DNA from: an archaeon
Lineage (GTDB): Archaea; Nanobdellota; Nanobdellia; Woesearchaeales; UBA9642
Assembly (NCBI GenBank): GCA_043806035.1
Contig: JAZDHK010000008.1
Coordinates: 1 to 29,873 of the forward strand
Length of the DNA stretch: 29,873 nt
Direction: 5' to 3'
Positions 1-5,761 of this stretch are shown in pieces (the first letter of the stretch is position 1; every line of letters begins with the position of its first letter). The notes under the pieces were generated by a model that was not told the origin of the DNA, did no database searches, and saw only the letters and a list, made by a program, of their open reading frames with translations. The position numbers and the translations under genes were made by a program.

Positions 1-79
1 GCCTTGCCTCTACTAGCAATGGTTTTTTACCTGGCTCGAACATGACGCCGCCGATGTCGAGAATGATGTGCTTGATCAT
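1..79 (-). CDS. HAD-superfamily hydrolase-like protein, N-terminal fragment running off the window start
   Basis: The minus-strand ATG at 79 overlaps the TGA of the upstream lipoprotein gene (ATGA at 76-79). The translation MIKHIILDIGGVMFEPGKKPLLVEAR shows the hhhhDxGGV motif-I pattern seen in many HAD phosphatases. It is absent from the ORF track because it has no stop in the window. Confidence 0.4.
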   Translation of the reverse strand, partial: MIKHIILDIGGVMFEPGKKPLLVEAR

Positions 80-468
80 GGTACGGCGTAGTAGACCTCG
101 TGGTCGGTGAGCTGTGCATCGATAATATGTAGCAGGAACGCGGGCTCTCCGTTGTTCAGGAAGGAGAGGTTCAGTGTCACTTGCTTATACAGGTATGCTT
201 TGCACCTATCATTTTTTGCGTCGTGCACAAGGTAAAGATTGATGTTTGCGGGAACTGTTCCTGACTGCGCCAGTGCAGGTGTGTACCATTGGAACTGGTG
301 TTTTTTGCAACCGCCGCCGTAACTGACATCAACCGTGAGCACGTCTTTGTCAATGGCGAGACTCTCAATCTTGTAATCATCTCCTTTCGGGATGCTGTCT
401 GTCGTGATGACTGCGGGTACTGAGCAGGAAATTAGAAGCAGTGTCAGCAGCAGGAATGCTCTTTTCAT
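76..468 (-). CDS. secreted lipoprotein, function unknown
   Basis: 130-aa ORF with an N-terminal signal peptide MKRAFLLLTLLLISC carrying a lipobox-like L-I-S-C. The mature part is beta-rich with conserved-looking GGGCKKH and DRCKAY cysteines. Its start overlaps the upstream stop (ATGA at 465-468). Confidence 0.7.
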   Translation of the reverse strand: MKRAFLLLTLLLISCSVPAVITTDSIPKGDDYKIESLAIDKDVLTVDVSYGGGCKKHQFQWYTPALAQSGTVPANINLYLVHDAKNDRCKAYLYKQVTLNLSFLNNGEPAFLLHIIDAQLTDHEVYYAVP

Positions 469-659
469 TTTCTCAGTTTGAATTGGAATTCATCCTCTTG
501 TTCGATGTGGTGCTTGATCGTCTTGAGGAACGTCTCTATCTCGAGAATTGCACCATACACTTGATGCTGTTTTGCAGGGTCCAGATTCCCATTCTCCAGG
601 AGATCGATGAGGTCTGTCCTTCTTTTTTCGTATGTTTTTTGCAGATCGCGAAGCGCCAT
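465..659 (-). CDS. small helical hypothetical protein (64 aa)
   Basis: ATG at 659 is preceded by GGGAG 4-5 nt upstream. It is translationally coupled to the lipoprotein gene and has a charged helical composition. Confidence 0.55.
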   Translation of the reverse strand: MALRDLQKTYEKRRTDLIDLLENGNLDPAKQHQVYGAILEIETFLKTIKHHIEQEDEFQFKLRK

Positions 660-666
660 GTTCTCC

Positions 667-963
667 CTAATAGTAATCGTCTTCTTTTTGTTTCATCTTT
701 TTCATGTGCGTGATGAAGTATTCCAGGCAATCGAGCGCATCGAATGTTGCTCGCTGCCTAAAGTCACTCGGCCCGAATTCGAGGATGAACGCGTTCCTTG
801 CCGTTATGGGCTTATTGCAAACGGGGCAGGTTTTTTGCTGCATCTCCAGTTCCGAAAGCCGTTTCTTGAGCAACTCCTGCAAGGAGCCGTCCTCGAGCCG
901 GCGTTCCACCTCTTGGACTTCTTTGATGTCTATGCGTTCCAGGAATTTCTTGAGTGCGGTCAT
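667..963 (-). CDS. hypothetical protein with one CPVC motif (98 aa)
   Basis: The ATG at 963 overlaps the stop of the wHTH gene (ATGA at 960-963). It has a charged N-terminal helix, then a CPVC..DALDC segment. Confidence 0.6.
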   Translation of the reverse strand: MTALKKFLERIDIKEVQEVERRLEDGSLQELLKKRLSELEMQQKTCPVCNKPITARNAFILEFGPSDFRQRATFDALDCLEYFITHMKKMKQKEDDYY

Positions 964-1613
964 GGTCTCAACTTCAGCAGTCGTGCTATATGCTTTTCGG
1001 GATCGTACATGATGCTGGGATTCTGGAAGAGGTTCACGAAATAGCTTTCTTTCTTGTTCAGGCCCTCTTCTACTTCAAATGTGTTGTGGGTCCAGCACAC
1101 CACTTTGCGTATCTTGTCTGCCAGATGGATGTCGAAATTGCTGTATTTCTTCCGCAAATCCTCGACATGTTCGGTGAGCACGAACAATTCCAGGGTTTCT
1201 TTGCTCTTGATGATGCTCAGCCCTTTCACTTTTGAGAAGAAGTCTTCTTTGCAGACGGTCTTGAGCAGGCAGATCATGTCATCCTGGCTGTCCAACAACA
1301 TGACATTTGCGAGCAGCATGCTGATGGGGTTCACCTTGAGTATTTTCTGTCTTGTTGGCGTGGCAAGCAGCAAGAGTTCATTAAGCAAAATGTATATGGT
1401 TTTTGGCTTTCCCGGGCTGCCTGAATTATCAATCCGGTCTACCTTTATGACGTTCATTGCCTCGAGCAGCTTCAGTTGCTGTGTGATGTACGGCAGGCTT
1501 TTCTGCACATCTTTTGCTATGTCTGTTGCTGCTCTTGGCTGCTCTGCCAGGCTCGAGATGATGTCCCATCTTGCCAGCAAAGTTTTTGTGTCATGGCCTG
1601 ATTTTTGGCGCAT
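960..1613 (-). CDS. winged-helix (ArsR/TrmB-like) DNA-binding protein with an uncharacterised C-terminal domain
   Basis: 217 aa. The N-terminus DIISSLAEQPRAATDIAKDVQKSLPYITQQLKLLEAMNVIKV looks like a wHTH. A TTTAAAT box at 1637-1643 lies about 27 nt upstream of the ATG at 1613, suggesting a leaderless transcript. Confidence 0.7.
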   Translation of the reverse strand: MRQKSGHDTKTLLARWDIISSLAEQPRAATDIAKDVQKSLPYITQQLKLLEAMNVIKVDRIDNSGSPGKPKTIYILLNELLLLATPTRQKILKVNPISMLLANVMLLDSQDDMICLLKTVCKEDFFSKVKGLSIIKSKETLELFVLTEHVEDLRKKYSNFDIHLADKIRKVVCWTHNTFEVEEGLNKKESYFVNLFQNPSIMYDPEKHIARLLKLRP

Positions 1614-1724
1614 GCTTTCTCTGAAGCCAGCTATTATTTAAATCTTTTGTTAGTTAATAAGTTAAGTATTTTATAAGTTATTTTTTTGTTTTTTGGTTTT
1701 TCTTTTTTTTTAAAGATTGCCAAG

Positions 1725-1768
1725 AATTCGTCAGGGTCTGGAGCGTAGCGTAAGACCTGACGATGAAT
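1725..1768. repeat. imperfect inverted repeat (candidate left-end hairpin)
   Basis: AATTC-GTCAGG-g-TCT, a 13-nt loop, then AGA-CCTGAC-gat-GAATT. That is 14 paired positions with two bulges, read directly from the sequence. Confidence 0.5.
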
Positions 1769-1938
1769 TGGCGAAGTCGTTAAATAGTCGTTTTTTCTGG
1801 TAGTCTGTAACGCGGTGAAGAAGAAATATCGAAGTGGACCGAAAGCAACATCGCGCCTGCTGAACCCTATTCGTATAGCGTCGCAGGTTTGAGCCAACGT
1901 GGCGAGCAGCTCATGATCCACTTCGTGTTGTTTCATTC

Positions 1939-1958
1939 TTTATAGCGTGAGCTATAAA
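1939..1958. repeat. perfect 8-bp hairpin TTTATAGC-GTGA-GCTATAAA overlapping the tnpA TATA region
   Basis: Seen directly. The right arm, TATAAAAA at 1953-1960, lies about 24 nt upstream of the tnpA ATG at 1980. It could therefore be a TATA box, a translation- or transcription-occluding stem-loop as in IS200, or both. Confidence 0.5.
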
Positions 1959-1979
1959 AAACTTTCTAGAGATGATTTT

Positions 1980-2423
1980 ATGACGAGAACTGATACGAGA
2001 AATAATTGGATAACCCTTCAATTTGTTACAAAATGCAGATACAAGTGTTTCCGACGACAAAGCGTGATTGATTCCTGCATTGCAGGATTCAAAGAACTCG
2101 AAGCATTTGGCTTCGAGTTCGGAGAGATGGGCTTTCCCTTGAATCATGTGCATCTTTCATTAAACTTGCCCAAGAAATATTCTGTGCAGGATGCACTCGT
2201 AATGCTGAAAAGCCGCTCTGCAAAGAGAATCTTTGCAGAGCATCCGGGCTTCAGAAAACGATACCCACGAGGAAGCTTTTGGTCACAATATGAGCATCAT
2301 CAAAGTATTGGTTGGAAGAGCAAAGACGACGCTGAGAACTATATCCGTGCACAGTTGAAGCATCATAATGTGAGCATTATTGATGACAGACAGCAGAAAC
2401 TGCCTGCATTCACCGCTTCGTAA
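1980..2423 (+). CDS. tnpA: IS200/IS605-family Y1 (HUH) transposase TnpA
   Basis: HUH motif in PLNHVHLSLNL. The segment LKSRSAKRIFAEHPGFRKRYPRGSFWSQYEHHQSIG resembles the conserved LKG.S.R......LWS.GYF..TVG block. The C-terminal ENYIRAQ carries the catalytic Tyr and Gln. I prefer the ATG at 1980 over the GTG at 1947 given in the ORF track. Confidence 0.8.
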   Translation: MTRTDTRNNWITLQFVTKCRYKCFRRQSVIDSCIAGFKELEAFGFEFGEMGFPLNHVHLSLNLPKKYSVQDALVMLKSRSAKRIFAEHPGFRKRYPRGSFWSQYEHHQSIGWKSKDDAENYIRAQLKHHNVSIIDDRQQKLPAFTAS

Positions 2424-2474
2424 GATACGGCAAACTTTGAAAAAGTTGACGAGGAAACGAAGCGGAAGGGGATT

Positions 2475-2508
2475 ATAAGGGGTTGCGACCCCTTATTTCA
2501 TTTTTTCT
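2475..2508 (+). terminator. stem-loop ATAAGGGG-TTGCGA-CCCCTTAT followed by a T-run (tnpA terminator and/or right-end hairpin)
   Basis: Perfect 8-bp stem at 2475-2496, then TTCATTTTTTCTTT. It lies 52 nt downstream of the tnpA stop. Confidence 0.5.
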
Positions 2509-2532
2509 TTCACCTTAATATGTTAATAAATT

Positions 2533-2550
2533 AATAAATAATTATTTATT
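2533..2550. repeat. perfect 18-bp AT-only palindrome AATAAATAATTATTTATT
   Basis: Read directly from the sequence, in the AT-rich spacer just outside the right end of the IS-like unit. Confidence 0.6.
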
Positions 2551-2773
2551 CTTTTTTTTGGTTGTGTTGGCGAGGCATCTTTTTATCAACACTGCCAACT
2601 CTGGCTAAACGAGCAAATTTTTCGGACAGACGCGGTATCATTGGAAAATAAACTTTTTCAGAAACTGCATGCTGCTGCCAGACAAATGGGACGTGTCTCG
2701 GTTCTCAGTAAAAAAAAGTAACAGTTTCATAATGAAATGCGAACACAGACTTTCTCTTTTGTTAAAGAAAAAC

Positions 2774-2781
2774 TTTATAAA
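2774..2781 (+). promoter_or_regulatory. TATA box (TTTATAAA) of the glycogen synthesis operon
   Basis: Consensus archaeal TATA about 100 nt upstream of the ATG at 2881, which itself has a GAGGTGA SD. This implies a 5-prime leader of about 75 nt, unlike most genes in this window. Confidence 0.5.
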
Positions 2782-2880
2782 TGACAAGGTCGAGCATCAA
2801 GTGGTTGGAATGGTAGTCCCGATTGAACATAACATCGTCAGAGTGAGTTCTCCGTACAGCCCCCCATTCAGAGGTGAGTT

Positions 2881-4128
2881 ATGAGAGTGCTCATGCTCGG
2901 CTGGGAATTCCCCCCTTTCTTCGCAGGAGGGGTAGGCATGGTCTGCTATGAACTAACAAAAGCGCTCTCCCAAAAAGCGCACATAACCTACATCATGCCC
3001 TTTGGTCCTGATCAAGTGACCAACCAGCAGCACGTCAAGCTGCTCATCGCCAGCAACTTCTTCAAAGGACATTCGTTCACGGTCAAAGGCATTCCCACAC
3101 TCCTGCACGCGTATCAGTCCAGCAGCGAATACAATGATCACTATGCACGGCATGCGCAGCTCTTCAGCAGAGCAGGAAAGAGCGCAGGTAGGGATAATAC
3201 CCACACCTTGTATGGACGTAACCTTCTCGAGGAAGTCTACCGATTCGCATTGCAAGTGCAGCTCATCGCCGAACAAGAAGACTTCGACATCATCCACGCT
3301 CACGACTGGACCACATTCCCTGCAGCGCTCGCCGTAAAACGAAGCACTGGCAAGCCATTGGTCGTGCACATTCACATAACAGAATTCGACAAGTCAGGCG
3401 GAGCGGGGGCAAACCCTGACGTTTACGCCATTGAAAAGGCAGGCATGGACGGTGCAAACAGCGTCATCGCCATAAGCAACTACGTCAAGAACTCCATCAT
3501 CCGCAACTACGGCATCCCTCCTGAAAAAATACGAGTAGTGCATAATGCAGGATCGAGCATGTCCGACCTCGAATACAGGAGCGAACTCAACAAGAAAGGA
3601 AAAATAGTGTTGTTCACAGGAAGGATAACCCTGCAGAAAGGGCCAGAATACTTTGTCTATGCAGCAAAAAAAGTCCTCGAGCACTATCATGACGTCACGT
3701 TCGTCATGGCAGGCACGGGAGACATGCTCGCACGCATGATAGAACTCACTGCACACCTCGGCATTGCCAAGCACTTCGTCTTCCCTGGCTTCTATACGAG
3801 GGATGATGCGGAAAAACTCTTCAGCATGGCAGACGTCTTCGTCATGCCCTCCGTCTCAGAACCCTTCGGCATTGTCCCCTTAGAAGCGATGGTGAAAAGA
3901 ACGCCGACCATCATCAGTAAGCAGAGCGGCGTCTCAGAAATCGTCAATCACTGCTTCAAAGTCGACTTCTGGGACATCGACCAGCTCGCCAACAAAATCA
4001 TCAGCCTCCTGCACTATCCTAGCCTGCACGAAACCATGACCGAACAAGGCTATCATGAAGCAAAACGACTCACGTGGGATAGTCCTGCAGACAAATGCAT
4101 GGCCATCTACGCTACTTTGGTGCAATGA
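2881..4128 (+). CDS. GT-B retaining glycosyltransferase (GT4/GT5), probable archaeal-type glycogen/alpha-glucan synthase
   Basis: 415 aa. The N-terminus MRVLMLGWEFPPFFAGGVGMV resembles the archaeal GlgA-type KVLLLGFEF.P.KVGGL. It also has HAHDW, GRITLQKG, and SVSEPFGIVPLEAM (the E-x7-E region). GAGGTGA SD lies 5 nt upstream. Confidence 0.8.
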   Translation: MRVLMLGWEFPPFFAGGVGMVCYELTKALSQKAHITYIMPFGPDQVTNQQHVKLLIASNFFKGHSFTVKGIPTLLHAYQSSSEYNDHYARHAQLFSRAGKSAGRDNTHTLYGRNLLEEVYRFALQVQLIAEQEDFDIIHAHDWTTFPAALAVKRSTGKPLVVHIHITEFDKSGGAGANPDVYAIEKAGMDGANSVIAISNYVKNSIIRNYGIPPEKIRVVHNAGSSMSDLEYRSELNKKGKIVLFTGRITLQKGPEYFVYAAKKVLEHYHDVTFVMAGTGDMLARMIELTAHLGIAKHFVFPGFYTRDDAEKLFSMADVFVMPSVSEPFGIVPLEAMVKRTPTIISKQSGVSEIVNHCFKVDFWDIDQLANKIISLLHYPSLHETMTEQGYHEAKRLTWDSPADKCMAIYATLVQ

Positions 4129-5390
4129 TGGCAGACGTATGCTTTTATTTCCAAGTGCACCAACCCTTCCGCCTCAAACGGTACAGTATTTTCGACATCG
4201 GGACGCACAAGCACTATTTCGATGAGCACAAGAACAGGGAAGTCATGGAGAAAGTGGCAAAAAAATGCTACCTGCCCACCAACCACATGCTTCTGGAGCT
4301 CATCAAAAGATATCCTGGAAAGTTCAAAGTCGCATTCTCCATCACCGGAACGGCGCTCGAGCAATTCTCCCTCTACGTGCCCGACGTCCTTGACAGTTTC
4401 AAAGCGCTGGCCAAGACAGGACAGGTGGAATTTCTCGCAGAAACCTACTATCACAGCCTCAGCTTCCTCTACAACAAACAGGAATTCAAGGAACAGGTAG
4501 AGATGCACATACAAAAAATGCAGGAACTCTTCCACCACACACCTGTCGTCTTCAGAAATACTGAACTCATTTACAGCAACGACCTTGCCTATCATGCTGA
4601 ACAGCTGGGATTCACTGCCGTGCTCGCAGAAGGGCACGACCACATTCTCGGATGGAAGAGCCCGAACTTCGTCTACACCCCCTACAAAGGAAGCATCAAG
4701 CTCCTGCTCAAGAACTACAAGCTCAGCGACGATGTCGCATTCAGGTTTTCGGACAAGAGCTGGGTAGAACATCCCCTTTCTGCAGACAGGTACGCAACAT
4801 GGGTGCATGCCAGCCAAGGAGACAGCGTCAACCTTTTCATGGATTATGAAACTTTTGGAGAGCACCAATGGGATGACACGGGCATCTTCGCGTTCCTCGA
4901 ACACCTCCCCGACGAACTCTTCAAGAGAGGGCTTTCCTTCAGGCTGCCCAGAGAATTGGCACAACTGCCCGCCAAGGACGCGCTGGACATCCATAACTTC
5001 ATCAGCTGGGCAGACAACGAACGAGACCTCTCCGCATGGAAGGGCAACCGCATGCAGGACCACGCCCTCGAGGAACTCTACAAGCTCGAGGAAGCGGTCA
5101 AGAAGACACGAGACTCGTCCATCCTCGAAGACTGGAGAAAATTGCAGACCTCAGACCATTTCTACTACATGTGCACCAAATACTTCAACGACGGCGACGT
5201 CCACAAATACTTCAACCCGTACGAGAGCCCCTACGAGGGATTCGTCGCATTCATGAACGTCCTCAATGATTTAGTCATACGGATCAACACAAAACTCAAG
5301 ATACAACTGGCAAGGCCAAAACCGCAGACGGAACTACAGCAGCCCATCGTGCTCGACAGGCCATCGCAACACCTTGCCTACCAATACTAA
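4125..5390 (+). CDS. glycoside hydrolase family 57 enzyme (alpha-amylase/4-alpha-glucanotransferase-like clade)
   Basis: The N-terminus MMADVCFYFQVHQPFRLKRY matches the GH57 region-I h.hHQP pattern, and length and composition fit a GH57 catalytic domain plus helical domain. The ATG at 4125 overlaps the upstream TGA (ATGA). The ORF-track start at 4095 would overlap the upstream gene by 34 nt. Confidence 0.8.
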   Translation: MMADVCFYFQVHQPFRLKRYSIFDIGTHKHYFDEHKNREVMEKVAKKCYLPTNHMLLELIKRYPGKFKVAFSITGTALEQFSLYVPDVLDSFKALAKTGQVEFLAETYYHSLSFLYNKQEFKEQVEMHIQKMQELFHHTPVVFRNTELIYSNDLAYHAEQLGFTAVLAEGHDHILGWKSPNFVYTPYKGSIKLLLKNYKLSDDVAFRFSDKSWVEHPLSADRYATWVHASQGDSVNLFMDYETFGEHQWDDTGIFAFLEHLPDELFKRGLSFRLPRELAQLPAKDALDIHNFISWADNERDLSAWKGNRMQDHALEELYKLEEAVKKTRDSSILEDWRKLQTSDHFYYMCTKYFNDGDVHKYFNPYESPYEGFVAFMNVLNDLVIRINTKLKIQLARPKPQTELQQPIVLDRPSQHLAYQY

Positions 5391-5419
5391 TGTGCTGCTT
5401 GAGCAAAAGAGGTGAGTAT

Positions 5420-5758
5420 GTGAGAGTGAAGTCAAAAGAGAAGAAGCCAAGCGAACGGAAGCAAAAAAAGACCATTCTGAACGTTCGTAGCCAGCTCAGA
5501 AAGCTCGCTCCTGACGAAAAATGCTTTTTCCTCTGCACGGGACAAGTGATCAAGCACTACAAGGAACTCGCTGACGAACTCGGCAATGTCGACGAAGGAG
5601 TCTTCCACTACCACGTCAACAGCGGCAAGAACGATTTTGCCAATTGGGTGCGTGATGTCTTTGCCGAACCAGAATTGGCGGACGCGCTTCAGCACGCACA
5701 CTCAAAAGACCACGTCCGCGTTGTCATCTACAAATTCATTGCGGACAAGTTATGGTGA
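5420..5758 (+). CDS. small conserved-looking hypothetical protein (about 112 aa) embedded between GH57 and the GT3 synthase
   Basis: GTG at 5420 lies 4 nt after GAGGTGA (5409-5415). It has a lysine-rich N-terminus, then FFLCTGQVIKHYKELADELGNVDEGVFHYHVNSGKNDFANWVRDVF. I have seen similar small proteins next to GH57/GT genes, possibly a DUF family, but this is not verified. Confidence 0.6.
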   Translation: MRVKSKEKKPSERKQKKTILNVRSQLRKLAPDEKCFFLCTGQVIKHYKELADELGNVDEGVFHYHVNSGKNDFANWVRDVFAEPELADALQHAHSKDHVRVVIYKFIADKLW

Positions 5759-5761
5759 ATC

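Larger units (their letters stand above)
1720..2508 (+). mobile_element. IS200-like minimal insertion sequence (tnpA only) with subterminal hairpins
   Basis: An approximately 0.8 kb unit holding a single Y1 HUH transposase gene. It has an imperfect 14-bp-stem hairpin near the left end (1725-1768), an 8-bp hairpin over the start region (1939-1958), and an 8-bp hairpin plus T-run at the right end (2475-2508). Size and layout match the IS200 archetype. The boundaries are approximate. Confidence 0.55.

Noticed and set aside
1634-1936. 100-aa minus-strand ORF divergent from tnpA
   Set aside because: Its C-terminal third is translated from the nearly pure A/T spacer (KKKEKPKNKKITYKILNLL). It has no TATA or SD in the 10-43 nt before tnpA, and the region is better explained as the structured left end of the IS200-like element. 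A real small protein cannot be fully excluded.
2669-2884. 71-aa plus-strand ORF upstream of the first glycosyltransferase, as a full-length gene
   Set aside because: It runs straight through the operon TATA box (2774-2781) and has poor composition. Only its last 24 codons (from the ATG at 2810) are kept as a speculative uORF in the findings.
4107-5063. 318-aa minus-strand ORF and several 60-150-aa ORFs overlapping the GH57 gene
   Set aside because: They lie fully inside a confidently identified GH57 CDS on the opposite strand or in other frames. They have no promoter or SD, and their composition is atypical.
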